Source: a virus
Lineage: Duplodnaviria > Caudoviricetes
Direction: 5' to 3' (one strand)
Length of the DNA stretch: 64,000 nt
Virus record (IMG/VR): IMGVR_UViG_3300005330_000014
Coordinates: 96,001 to 160,000 of that record
This document shows, in pieces, positions 38,053 through 47,960 of the stretch (position 1 is its first letter; every line of letters begins with the position of its first letter). The notes below the pieces were generated by a model, which was given only the letters and a program-made list of their open reading frames with translations, ran no database searches and was not told where the DNA came from. A program made the translations under genes and the position numbers.

Positions 38053-38555
38053 AGAAATTTTAAATTTGTTTTATAAAACCTTAAATTCAAAATCATGTAA
38101 TTTAAGTAGAATAACATCAAATATGAAAAACAAAAATAAACATCGCGGCAACAGTTAAGACACCACAAGCCTGTCTCGAAAGAGAGTGGACATTAAGGAC
38201 ATTTTTCCGAAAGGCGAACCACGGTACTTCAGGAGCGCGAGCCGTCATTACTTAATGAAAAATTTGCAGAAACTTAGCGGGAAACGCAAGGGCAAAAATC
38301 CTAAACAAGTAGACATAGTTGAAATTATTCTCATAGTTTAATGTAGTTATCTAGCCTAATCCCCGATAAAAAACGGGAAGGAACCTACTGTAATGACGCT
38401 ATATTAAATAATATATTTTATTTGTATTGACCGTAAGGTTTAATATAGTGGACTTTTCATGTTCTAACGAGTTTCCGCAGGGCAATATCATTAAACTTTA
38501 ATAAGGTACAATCAAATAATAAAAACGCAGTTTTTAAACCGTAATGTAGGTTAGT

Positions 38556-39527
38556 TTATATATCTGAACCGCCCGGGAAATGATCTTGACAAACAATTAA
38601 TGGATTTCTTTTTGGCGGCGCAGCGTCTAATACTTTTTGTGCAATTATTTTTTCTTGAAGAATCTTTAAATATTTTGCTATATTATTTTTTGCTGCCTCT
38701 TCATATTTCAACTTAAAGAAGTCGATAGTGAAAATAGGAGTCTTTTTATTTAATAATTGAGAATAAATTAGTTGCTGATTACGATAAAATTCTTTTTTAG
38801 GTAAATAGGTTGCATCTCTTTGTATTAATTCCTGATTTTCAACAAAAAGATCAAACGGGCAGCCCAACCGAGACAATCTTAAATTTAAGAAAACATTTTC
38901 TTCTGCGCTTAAAGTTGCGTAATTTAAATCGGCGCAAGTCTCAATTAAACGTTGAATATTTTTAACATAAACCGCCGGGAAATTAAAATGTTCTTCCAAA
39001 AAAGAGGCTGCGTCCCTTGCGTGAACAGTAAATGTTCTATTCTTCCCAGAAAAACGATGTAATAAACAAGCGAGAATAACGCTTGCAGATGATTGCTGCA
39101 CAATACTTGCACAGTATTTATCGTTTTGTTTTAATAGAAAATAATAATAACTTAAATTAAAGTAAGGAGAACTATCGGCATTTGATCGAATCTTATTCCA
39201 TAATGGCTCTAAATCTGAAATAGTAATAGATTTTACTATACATAGCCCTTTAGATAGTTGATTATAAATATAATCCATTTGAGCCACCTTATCTGATGGA
39301 CGAAATTCTTCCATAGCTCTTTTTCTATCGTCTTGCGCTCTATCTAGTTTTAATCGATCAATCGCCATTTTTGCTTCTGGTGTAGTTTGTTCTATTGCTG
39401 TTTGGGCAATTTCAACTTCTTGTGCTTTAACAACCATATATTTCTTTATTTCGTTTTCTTGTATTTTTCTTTGAATTCTTAAATCAAATGTCGTAATTGC
39501 TTTGTGAATTCGTCTAAAAAACTGCAT
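38556..39527 (-). CDS. hypothetical protein
   Basis: 323-aa ORF directly downstream of a promoter; first gene of the left arm. Confidence 0.7.
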   Translation of the reverse strand: MQFFRRIHKAITTFDLRIQRKIQENEIKKYMVVKAQEVEIAQTAIEQTTPEAKMAIDRLKLDRAQDDRKRAMEEFRPSDKVAQMDYIYNQLSKGLCIVKSITISDLEPLWNKIRSNADSSPYFNLSYYYFLLKQNDKYCASIVQQSSASVILACLLHRFSGKNRTFTVHARDAASFLEEHFNFPAVYVKNIQRLIETCADLNYATLSAEENVFLNLRLSRLGCPFDLFVENQELIQRDATYLPKKEFYRNQQLIYSQLLNKKTPIFTIDFFKLKYEEAAKNNIAKYLKILQEKIIAQKVLDAAPPKRNPLIVCQDHFPGGSDI

Positions 39528-39536
39528 GATTCCAAA

Positions 39537-39564
39537 ATCCTAGCATCTAAAGAATGAAAGTCAA
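39537..39564 (-). promoter_or_regulatory. sigma70-type promoter with very short leader
   Basis: TTGACT-16 nt (ending TGC)-TAGGAT; ATG 10 nt after the -10 box. Confidence 0.68.
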
Positions 39565-39945
39565 CTTTTGCCATTTATTTTCTGATTTAATTCAAGAAAT
39601 TTCACGTTTATATAAGATAGAAGGAAAATAAAGTGTAAATGAGATTGGCAATTAATTGTCCCGCCGCGAGGCAGAACAAAAATCGCTTTATTAAACTTAA
39701 ATGCGAACAAACGGGCCGCTGAACCTTCAAGCGGATGACAAAGCCAATCAAAATCGGCCCGCTTTTCTCAAAATTGACCGATCAAAACAAAACAATTTTT
39801 CTCTGTAAATTATCATTCTTAAGAATTTTATTGTCTCAAAACTTGATTATGAGTCTCATTAATGTAGATTCGTAAGTGTCTGGTATCCAAATGGTTTGGA
39901 GGCAGGAAAGTAAATTCAACAAAAAAAGGAAGGCTAGGAAAGTTT

Positions 39946-40821
39946 ATGGATAAAAACGCAATTATTAAGCAGTATGAAACAGTGGCTTATTCTCACCCCG
40001 TTCTTAAAAAACAGGAAGAATATGATTTAATTAAAGGGTATAAAAAAAATGGCGACCCTGCGGCCAAGGAAAAATTAATTAACTCCTATTTGAGAACGGT
40101 TATTAATTTGTCGAAAAAATTCGCACACAATAATAACCTTGACATTTTAGACTTAATTCAATCTGGAATCGTGGGAATTGTGACAGCATTGGATGGGTTT
40201 GATTTAAGTCAGTATAAGAAAATAACTAAAAATACAGGAAGCTTGTTCGCTTTTTGGTGCTATCGCCATATTTTATGTGAGATAGATGCATATTATCGTA
40301 ATAACATTCGTCAAGTAGCTGTTACTTTTACTACAAATAACAGGCTATTTAAAATAAACAATATGTATAAACAAGGTTTATTTAATAAATATGAAACATT
40401 GTATGATGATGCTGTAGTTAAACATATCTCAAAAGAACTTAAATTAAAAGATAAAGAAGTAAAACTATTATTAACTTTATTTAAGCCAGCGGTGGAACTT
40501 GACAGAGAGCCAGAAACTTCTGAAAGCGAACACGATAACCACAATTCAAGTTATCAAGATACTATTCTAAAAGATTATTCTGATAATGAAACCCCGGCGG
40601 ATATTTATGAAAGAAATGAAAAGTATGAAGATTTAATTAGTAAAATTGATAACCTTGATAAAGAAGATCGTTATATTATTCAACATCGTTTTGGAATTAA
40701 TTGCGAAGTAGAAAGTTTGTCTGATATTGGCAAGAAAATCGGATGCTCTACTGGAAATGTGGCCGCGCGGACTAAAAAAATTCAAGATAAGCTGAAAAAT
40801 ATGATTACGACTCAAATCTAA
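39946..40821 (+). CDS. phage RNA polymerase sigma-70 family factor (RpoD/RpoH-like)
   Basis: EEYDL..AKEKLINSYLRTV, DLIQSG..G...A.D.FD (region 2); region 4 HTH RFGI..ESLSDIGKKIG. Confidence 0.88.
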   Translation: MDKNAIIKQYETVAYSHPVLKKQEEYDLIKGYKKNGDPAAKEKLINSYLRTVINLSKKFAHNNNLDILDLIQSGIVGIVTALDGFDLSQYKKITKNTGSLFAFWCYRHILCEIDAYYRNNIRQVAVTFTTNNRLFKINNMYKQGLFNKYETLYDDAVVKHISKELKLKDKEVKLLLTLFKPAVELDREPETSESEHDNHNSSYQDTILKDYSDNETPADIYERNEKYEDLISKIDNLDKEDRYIIQHRFGINCEVESLSDIGKKIGCSTGNVAARTKKIQDKLKNMITTQI

Positions 40822-40857
40822 ATCATATAACGAAACAGACACTAAAATCTCAAATCT

Positions 40858-41181
40858 ATGAATACACACGATTCCATCCCCGAAGTCGGGGCTCAAACCG
40901 GCGATGACTCAGAAAAAGTCGCACAAACTCAAAATCAACAAATTGCTTATTTAATTGAAGCGACTACTGTTGATACTCATGTAAATATTATGATTTCTTT
41001 ACTTGAAAAAATCAATTTCAAGTTAGTTCAGAATATTCTTGAAAATACCCCGGCGGATAAACAGGATAATCTTCACTATAAAGTTCTTAAGGCGACTTTT
41101 GAATACTATGAGCATGTAAATGATGCTTTTAATGACGAAGCCGCGCCCGAAGCCCCTTTAATTACTCCAGTATTTAGATAA
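40858..41181 (+). CDS. hypothetical protein
   Basis: 107-aa ORF. Confidence 0.65.
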   Translation: MNTHDSIPEVGAQTGDDSEKVAQTQNQQIAYLIEATTVDTHVNIMISLLEKINFKLVQNILENTPADKQDNLHYKVLKATFEYYEHVNDAFNDEAAPEAPLITPVFR

Positions 41182-41361
41182 ATGATGAATTTCAATATCG
41201 AAAGCAATTCTGAAAAATATGAGCCTAGTCCAGAAGAGTTAGCAGAATTTGGATTAATGGAATTATTACAAATTAATTGTCCCGATAAGGATAGGCATAA
41301 TGCAATTCGACTAAGCGGTAGCGATGACGGGTGCCTCACTTGCGGATATTATAGCAAATAA
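41182..41361 (+). CDS. small hypothetical protein (59 aa, not in ORF track)
   Basis: MMNFNIES...CLTCGYYSK fills the gap exactly. Confidence 0.55.
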   Translation: MMNFNIESNSEKYEPSPEELAEFGLMELLQINCPDKDRHNAIRLSGSDDGCLTCGYYSK

Positions 41362-41369
41362 TCATACTT

Positions 41370-41840
41370 ATGACTCTTAATCAAATTAAAGTAAACTTAT
41401 TCAGTCATTTTAAAGAAAATAATCAATTTATCTATCCTGACGACCGACTAAAAGTTGTTCCAATTTCAGAAACGCCCGAGTTACATTATGCTGCAATTAT
41501 AGAAGCATTAAAGGATTTTGAAGCTGCTAAATTGGTTTCTAGAATTGAATACATAGAGGGGAAAAAAGTAAAAGAAAATAAAATTGGATATATTCTTGAA
41601 AAGCCAGCCGAATTGTTTACTCAAAACCTACAAATCCCCGGCGATTTAGCTCTTGAAATTTCCACCTTAGTTAATTCATTAAATGTTGATTTGCCGGATA
41701 TGAAGAAGTTTTCCTCAAGTCCTTTGGGAATTACTCTTAATGATATTGAAATACTTATTTTATTGGCCCGCGCGTACGTTAACCAAGCAAAAGGCGGTGA
41801 AATTCAAGGTAAAGAAGAATCGAATGATTTTTTGAGTTAA
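41370..41840 (+). CDS. hypothetical protein
   Basis: 156-aa ORF. Confidence 0.65.
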   Translation: MTLNQIKVNLFSHFKENNQFIYPDDRLKVVPISETPELHYAAIIEALKDFEAAKLVSRIEYIEGKKVKENKIGYILEKPAELFTQNLQIPGDLALEISTLVNSLNVDLPDMKKFSSSPLGITLNDIEILILLARAYVNQAKGGEIQGKEESNDFLS

Positions 41841-41863
41841 CGAAATCATATAACCTTAAAAGT

Positions 41864-42955
41864 ATGATTAATGTTAATGTCCCGATCAATAGTGTGTCTT
41901 TTGGCTTTGTTGCCGCGAATATTCTTGTTGAATTATTTAAACGAAAAATAGATATTCGATTATTTCCAATCGGCGGACAAGTAGATTTAAGTTCATATTC
42001 AGTAGCCGCGCGGCTACCCGGATTTGAAAACTATCTAAAAGAATCTATTTATTATGCTTTGGAAAAATTTGATCGAAACGATCCGACTTTAAAACTTTGG
42101 CATATTCGAGATTCAGAACAGTCATACGGAGTCCGGCGGAACCTATTAACTTTTCATGAGTTAAGTGAACTAACTCCAAATGAAGTAAATATCTTAAGAA
42201 ATCAAGATACTATTTATTTAACTTCTAAATATTCTCAAGAGGTTTTTAAAAAGTATAATATTGATTCAATTTATTGTCCACTTGCATTCGATAGCCTTCA
42301 TTTTAATAGAATTGAAAAAAGAGCTTATAAAGACGACAGAATTGTATGGGGTTTAGTTGGAAAATTAGAACCGTCCCGAAAAGGCCACGCGAAAGTCATC
42401 CAAAACTGGATTAAGAAATACGGGAATAATCATAAACATGTTTTACATTTACATGTTAATAACCCATTCTTAAATAAGGAACAAAATGAAGGGCTGTTAA
42501 ATCAGATTTGGAACGGACAAAAACCTTTCAATATTAATGTTTTGCCACAGGTTCAAACATTAACAACTCTTAATCAGTGTTATAATAGTATTGATATTAT
42601 TCTTGATGGTTCGAGGGCGGAAGGATTTTCTTTGCCAAGTTTTCATTGTTTAGCTTTAGGTAAACATGGAGTTATTCATAATGCCACAGCAATGAAAGAT
42701 TGGCTACCTAAATCGGGTGCCGTAACGTTTGAATCATCTAATTTAATTGAACCCTACGATAATATGTTTTTTCCGAAAGGTGTTCCTTGGAATCAAGGTT
42801 TAATTTGGGATTGGGATGATAATGAGTTTCTTTCTGCTATGGAAACTGCCGAAAGAAAATTCTTGTATAATCCTTTAAATGAAACTGGATTACAACTACA
42901 ACAAGAATATACTTGGCAAAAAACTGTTGATATTCTTTTGAAAAACTTAAAATGA
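41864..42955 (+). CDS. glycosyltransferase, GT4/GT-B
   Basis: VGKLEPSRKG, SRAEGFSLP..LALGK, YTWQK. Confidence 0.85.
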   Translation: MINVNVPINSVSFGFVAANILVELFKRKIDIRLFPIGGQVDLSSYSVAARLPGFENYLKESIYYALEKFDRNDPTLKLWHIRDSEQSYGVRRNLLTFHELSELTPNEVNILRNQDTIYLTSKYSQEVFKKYNIDSIYCPLAFDSLHFNRIEKRAYKDDRIVWGLVGKLEPSRKGHAKVIQNWIKKYGNNHKHVLHLHVNNPFLNKEQNEGLLNQIWNGQKPFNINVLPQVQTLTTLNQCYNSIDIILDGSRAEGFSLPSFHCLALGKHGVIHNATAMKDWLPKSGAVTFESSNLIEPYDNMFFPKGVPWNQGLIWDWDDNEFLSAMETAERKFLYNPLNETGLQLQQEYTWQKTVDILLKNLK

Positions 42956-43021
42956 TTTTATTTATTCCTTTAGTTGCATTGGTTATTTTAGTTTCTTTTA
43001 TTAGTTTATTTCAAACGTAAT

Positions 43022-43324
43022 ATGAAATTTTTAACAATTCGACCGGAAATTCAAAAGTTAATTGATTATATTAAGAGTAATGAATCTAAGTTTGAAGCTA
43101 GATTTGTTCATTATGATAAGATGATTTCAGACGGGCATGTTACCTTATATTATAGCGGCTACATAAGCGTTGGATTTAACCGATTAAGAGTTTTCTGGGG
43201 ATTGGAAAGTGGTCTTGTACACGAAATAATTGATCGTTTCTTTAAAAGAAAGGCTGAAAAACAATTACAAAGCGAGAAAAACGCAGAAGAACAAGTATTA
43301 TTTAATTTACAAAATCTAAAATAA
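43022..43324 (+). CDS. hypothetical protein
   Basis: 100-aa ORF. Confidence 0.55.
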   Translation: MKFLTIRPEIQKLIDYIKSNESKFEARFVHYDKMISDGHVTLYYSGYISVGFNRLRVFWGLESGLVHEIIDRFFKRKAEKQLQSEKNAEEQVLFNLQNLK

Positions 43325-43329
43325 CTATT

Positions 43330-43515
43330 ATGCCAATCTATATTCAAATTTATCTAGCTATAGGATTTTTATTTACTTTGTTCACTTTATCTTATCATTC
43401 TCTTGCTAAATCTTCTAATTTAAAAAAATCTGATTTAATCCCCACGATTATCGTTTGTCTGTTCTTCTGGCCGGTTTCAATTCCTTTATATATTCAGAAA
43501 GTTCTAAAAAAGTAA
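43330..43515 (+). CDS. small membrane protein
   Basis: two hydrophobic segments, FFWP motif. Confidence 0.6.
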   Translation: MPIYIQIYLAIGFLFTLFTLSYHSLAKSSNLKKSDLIPTIIVCLFFWPVSIPLYIQKVLKK

Positions 43516-43516
43516 G

Positions 43517-43864
43517 ATGCCTAATTATCAATTCACAAACAGTAAAGGAGAAATAGTAGAACATTATTTTGCTATTCAAGATGCCCCACCGATTGGCTCA
43601 ACAATAAAGATTGGCCGCGCGAAATTTACTAGAATCCCGTCTGATACTCAGGTCGCGGTAGACACTCGAATTGATCCCTTTAGCAAACAAAAGTTTTTAG
43701 ATAAAACAAATAAGCCGGGGACTCTTGGATCATTACAAGATCAAGCCAGAGAACTTCATGAAAAGAGAAAACAGCAAACCGGCGGACAAGATCAAATTAA
43801 AGACAGCTTTATTGAATCAAGTAAGAAAACTAGACGCGGTAAAGTTTATATAGATAAGGATTAA
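43517..43864 (+). CDS. FmdB-like small protein (zinc ligands lost)
   Basis: MPNYQF start resembles the FmdB MPxYxY start; lacks the CxxC motifs. Confidence 0.45.
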   Translation: MPNYQFTNSKGEIVEHYFAIQDAPPIGSTIKIGRAKFTRIPSDTQVAVDTRIDPFSKQKFLDKTNKPGTLGSLQDQARELHEKRKQQTGGQDQIKDSFIESSKKTRRGKVYIDKD

Positions 43865-43957
43865 AGATGGCTATTTTGTTTTCGGAATAATCACAATAGG
43901 TTTTGGGATTGGAGTAATTATCGGTTTAATGATTTGGTTTAAGATTTTATAAAACAT

Positions 43958-44452
43958 ATGGATTGGAATGAATATTTTTTCAGGCACGTTTACTTAGCCG
44001 CACAGAAATCAAAAGATACAAAAACTAAGGTTGGCGCTATTTTAGTTAAAGATAATACTTGTATTTCTGAAGGTTATAATGGGATATGTAGAGGGGTTAA
44101 TGATTATAATTATGAGGACGGAAGAAATGAAAGGCCAATCAAGTACTTCTTTTATGAACACGCAGAAAGAAATTGTCTGTATACATGTAATAGACATGGA
44201 ATATCTACTTTAGGGGCGACTATGTATATTGGAGGGATGCCATGCGCCGATTGTGCGCGAGCAATCATTCAATGCGGGATTTCTAAGATAGTTTTACATA
44301 AACAAAGACCAAAATTTGATCATCTAGAGAAATGGGTGGAATCTACTAAGTATTCCAAAATCATGTTAGACGAAGCTAATATTCCTATTGAAATATATGA
44401 TAAGCAATTAGGTATTGAGGTTTTTATAGATGGGAAAACGCTTTTAGTTTAA
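43958..44452 (+). CDS. dCMP deaminase
   Basis: SKD..TKVGA, GYNG, HAERN, PCADCARAIIQ. Confidence 0.92.
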   Translation: MDWNEYFFRHVYLAAQKSKDTKTKVGAILVKDNTCISEGYNGICRGVNDYNYEDGRNERPIKYFFYEHAERNCLYTCNRHGISTLGATMYIGGMPCADCARAIIQCGISKIVLHKQRPKFDHLEKWVESTKYSKIMLDEANIPIEIYDKQLGIEVFIDGKTLLV

Positions 44453-44464
44453 TGATTAGATTTA

Positions 44465-44821
44465 ATGATTAAACAATATATAAAAGCTATTCAAAATAAT
44501 TTGTCCGCCGATTTACTTTCTAAGGATTGGGAAGGTTCAATTGGATTGGGGGGACATTGCTATGTAGCTTCCGAGGCTCTTTATCATTTACTTAATAAGT
44601 CTTATTATCCTTGCATTTTAACTCATAAAGAGTTTCCTAAAGGATTATCCGCCGGGCAAACGCACTGGTTTTTGAAAAATGATAAAAATGAAATACTTGA
44701 TGTTACTAAATCGCAATTTGGTAAAACTTATATTCCTTATGAATTAGCGAAACATTGTGGGTTTTTAACAAAACAGCCAAGTAAAAGATGCCAAACTCTT
44801 TTAAATAGGATTAAATTATGA
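44465..44821 (+). CDS. conserved phage protein with possible Cys-His-Asp triad
   Basis: GHCYVASE, THWFL, ILDVT. Confidence 0.6.
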   Translation: MIKQYIKAIQNNLSADLLSKDWEGSIGLGGHCYVASEALYHLLNKSYYPCILTHKEFPKGLSAGQTHWFLKNDKNEILDVTKSQFGKTYIPYELAKHCGFLTKQPSKRCQTLLNRIKL

Positions 44822-45006
44822 ATTTTCTTAAAAGACTTTTAATAATAGTAGTTTTTATTTTAATGGTAATTTGGATATTCTTGGCTATAACTTTAGGTTT
44901 TACTATTGGCATTGTAGATTGGATTATCACTGGAGAAAATCACATATACAATAGTTGGGATAAACCTATCGAATTCTTACTACGTTTATCTAGTTTTGAA
45001 GAATAA
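44818..45006 (+). CDS. small membrane protein
   Basis: long N-terminal hydrophobic stretch. Confidence 0.55.
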   Translation: MNFLKRLLIIVVFILMVIWIFLAITLGFTIGIVDWIITGENHIYNSWDKPIEFLLRLSSFEE

Positions 45007-45008
45007 TT

Positions 45009-45200
45009 ATGAATCATAAATACGAAGACGAACAAAAGATAATTGAAAATACCGAAGAAGCTAAAAAACAATTTGGAGAACACTGCGGAAGTCAAATTAT
45101 TAAATTATCAATTCAAGAAATTCAAGCATTACTAACTGGAAAATTGGTAGCCGTGGATGTCATGTCAGAGTATGTAGTTTTTATTGAATTAAAAAATTAA
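45009..45200 (+). CDS. small hypothetical protein
   Basis: 63-aa ORF. Confidence 0.55.
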   Translation: MNHKYEDEQKIIENTEEAKKQFGEHCGSQIIKLSIQEIQALLTGKLVAVDVMSEYVVFIELKN

Positions 45201-45201
45201 T

Positions 45202-45651
45202 ATGAAAATTCAAATTAAAAAACTAAGCGAAAATGCGATAATACCAACTCGTGCATCCGCCGGGGCTGCTGGGTATGATTTATATTCAACTGAAGATTGT
45301 ATATTGAACCCGGGTGAACGTCATTTATTTAAAACTAATTTATCAATTCAAATTCCGCCCGGATACTACGGTAGAATTGCTCCGCGTTCAGGGCTAGCCC
45401 TTAAACAAGGTATTGATGTTCTAGCTGGAGTTATAGACGAAGATTATGCTGGAGATGTAGGGGTAATATTGTTAAATACGGCGATCATACCAACTTCATT
45501 AGAAATATATCCATATTATAGTTTATATGTTAGAAAGGGTGACAGAATCGCTCAGATTATTTTTGAAAAATATCATGAGGTAGAATTTGAAGAAGTAAAC
45601 GAATTAACTGAAACGGCGCGGGGAGAAAATGGATGGGGCAGCACAGGATAA
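45202..45651 (+). CDS. dut: trimeric dUTPase
   Basis: AGYDL, IAPRSG, GVIDEDYAG, GDRIAQ, RGENGWGSTG. Confidence 0.95.
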   Translation: MKIQIKKLSENAIIPTRASAGAAGYDLYSTEDCILNPGERHLFKTNLSIQIPPGYYGRIAPRSGLALKQGIDVLAGVIDEDYAGDVGVILLNTAIIPTSLEIYPYYSLYVRKGDRIAQIIFEKYHEVEFEEVNELTETARGENGWGSTG

Positions 45652-45768
45652 TTACTACACCTTTTAATCCTTAATTTTAACAAAAATTTTCCGCGCCCGA
45701 GTGGTTCGGAAAAATTTTTCATTTAAAAGGGTTTAAATAGGGTAAATATATTCACAGAATTATATAAA

Positions 45769-47733
45769 GTGAATATGGTAAAAAACGAAGATTGGCAAAT
45801 TATTTCAGATGAATTTACAAGTAAATATAAAGATAAAAAAGTTCCTTGGGGGTTTGGTGCGCTAGGTTTTATTGTCTACAAGCGTACTTACAGTAGAACA
45901 AAAGAAAGTGGTGAATCCGAAGAATGGCATGAAACCATTCAGCGATGCATTAATGGCGCTCAAAAAATCGGCGCTCAATATTCTAAAGAAGAAGCGGAGA
46001 AACTTTTTGATTATATTTTTAATTTAAAGTGTAATTTTGGTGGCCGAATGTTATGGCAACTAGGAACTACTACGGTAGATAGATTTGGGCTCGCCAGCCT
46101 GCTAAATTGCTGGTTTGTTTCCATGAGAGACATGGAAGATTTTTGTTTCTTATTTGAACATTTAATGTTGGGTGGTGGGGTTGGTTATTCAGTTAAGCGT
46201 GAAGATATTCACGAGTTGCCGCGCATTAAAAAGGGAATTGAAATTAAACATGTTTTAACTAAAGATGCTGATTTTATTGTTCCCGATAGTCGTCAGGGAT
46301 GGGTTCAGTTGCTAAGAAATTTACTTTTAGCTTTTTATAATGGTGGTAAGTCATTTACTTATTCTACAATTCTCATTAGAGGCGCGGGAGAATTTATTCG
46401 TGGATTCGGTGGCACAGCAAGTGGGCCGGGCATCCTAATAGAGGGAATTGATAAAATTGTTAAAATCTTTCAGTCAAGAGAAGGTAAAAAACTACGTTCA
46501 ATTGATGTTTTAGATATTAATAATATTATTGGTTCTATTGTTGTTGCGGGTAACGTTCGTCGCAGTGCTGAAATAGCTATTGGCGACCCTGATGATTATC
46601 TTTATTTAAGAGCTAAAAATTGGTCGCTAGGGAATATTCCTAATTGGCGTAGCATGTCCAATAATTCTATTTATGCTGATAGCTATGATCATATTAGCAG
46701 CGAAGTTTGGGCTACTGGATATGAAGTTAATGAAGTAACTAAATGCGCCAAGGGAGAAGCATATGGTTTTATTAATATGCCTCTTAGTCAAACGTTTGGG
46801 CGACTAGGAGAAGAAAGAAAAGATAATTGTGAAGGTTTTAATCCCTGCGCAGAAATAAGCCTTGCCGATGGCGAAGCCTGTAATCTTTGCGAGATTTATC
46901 TAAACAATATAACTTCTAAAGAAGAATTATTTGAATGCTCTAAATTGCTTTACAAAACCCAAAAATGCATTTGGGATTTACCTGCTCTTTACGAGAAAAC
47001 AAGTAAAATTGTTAAAAAGAATCGTCGTATCGGATTAGGTGTAACTGGTATTTGCCAATCTTTAGATAAATTACCTTGGCTAGACGAATGTTATCAAGAA
47101 TTAAGAAAGTTTGATAAAGAATGGTCTAAAAAGCGCGGATGGCCCGAAAGTATTAAACTAACCACAGTTAAGCCTAGCGGAACATTAAGTTTACTTGCTG
47201 GTTCTGTTCCCGGTGTTCACCCCGGATACGACAAGTTCTATCAAAGAACTATTCGTATGAGTAGTAGCGATAAATTAGTTAATATTTGTCGCAATTTGGG
47301 TTATCATGTAGAATATGCTTTAAATTTTGATAACAGTGAAAATCATGATACTGTAGTTATCTATTTTCCCTGCAAATCCACCGAAAATACTCTGGTAGCC
47401 GCCGATGTTGACGCTATCAAACAATTAGAATTAGTAAAACAATTACAAACAGTTTGGTCGGATAATGCAGTTTCGGTAACGGTTTATTATAAACCAGAAG
47501 AATTGCCCTCCATTAAAGAATGGTTAAAGAATAACTACGAACATAATATTAAATCGGTTAGTTTTTTACTTCATCAAAATCACGGATTTAAGCAAGCTCC
47601 ATACCAGTCTATTACAGAGGAACAATATAATTCTTCTATTAAGAAGATTAAATCCATATCTGAAACCTATGATGTAGGAGCAGGGGATTTAGAAACACAA
47701 GAATGCAGTTCTGGAAGTTGCCCTATAAGGTAA
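45769..47733 (+). CDS. nrdJ: class II (adenosylcobalamin) ribonucleotide reductase, monomeric RTPR type
   Basis: NCWF, GNVRRSAEI, NPCAEI, ACNL, VKPSGTLS, C-terminal ECSSGSCPIR. Confidence 0.95.
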   Translation: MNMVKNEDWQIISDEFTSKYKDKKVPWGFGALGFIVYKRTYSRTKESGESEEWHETIQRCINGAQKIGAQYSKEEAEKLFDYIFNLKCNFGGRMLWQLGTTTVDRFGLASLLNCWFVSMRDMEDFCFLFEHLMLGGGVGYSVKREDIHELPRIKKGIEIKHVLTKDADFIVPDSRQGWVQLLRNLLLAFYNGGKSFTYSTILIRGAGEFIRGFGGTASGPGILIEGIDKIVKIFQSREGKKLRSIDVLDINNIIGSIVVAGNVRRSAEIAIGDPDDYLYLRAKNWSLGNIPNWRSMSNNSIYADSYDHISSEVWATGYEVNEVTKCAKGEAYGFINMPLSQTFGRLGEERKDNCEGFNPCAEISLADGEACNLCEIYLNNITSKEELFECSKLLYKTQKCIWDLPALYEKTSKIVKKNRRIGLGVTGICQSLDKLPWLDECYQELRKFDKEWSKKRGWPESIKLTTVKPSGTLSLLAGSVPGVHPGYDKFYQRTIRMSSSDKLVNICRNLGYHVEYALNFDNSENHDTVVIYFPCKSTENTLVAADVDAIKQLELVKQLQTVWSDNAVSVTVYYKPEELPSIKEWLKNNYEHNIKSVSFLLHQNHGFKQAPYQSITEEQYNSSIKKIKSISETYDVGAGDLETQECSSGSCPIR

Positions 47734-47861
47734 AATTTGAGTTAATAATCTCAATTAGAAATCTTTGGGTAGGCTTGTATTGGGAAACTTGGCCTGATCC
47801 ATATCGTTTAGACGTTTGGTTTTGTATTGGAATTATTGCTTTACACTGTTATACACAGTAA
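47703..47861 (+). CDS. small hypothetical protein (52 aa) overlapping the end of nrdJ
   Basis: MQFWKLP...RNLWVGLYW...CYTQ; open reading frame across an otherwise empty gap. Confidence 0.4.
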   Translation: MQFWKLPYKVKFELIISIRNLWVGLYWETWPDPYRLDVWFCIGIIALHCYTQ

Positions 47862-47960
47862 TAACAAAACTATTTTTCAGTAAAATTTAATTAATTTTAG
47901 TGTAAATTGTATTATAACTTTACAATTAACCTAATTATTTAACAATTATATTAAAATACT

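Noticed and set aside
3237-42000. Antisense or nested short ORFs in the track (3237, 4679, 6572, 8256, 9243, 9772, 10407, 11327, 19606, 21603, 21784, 22801, 24534, 29855, 29874, 29899, 31014, 31621, 32122, 32440, 33295, 33600, 35224, 35902, 40311, 40633, 41106)
   Set aside because: They overlap well-supported genes in other frames and have no recognisable motifs; treated as shadow ORFs
45682-45719. Inverted repeat upstream of nrdJ as a cobalamin riboswitch
   Set aside because: Far too short and lacks the B12-box; at most an imperfect hairpin or operator
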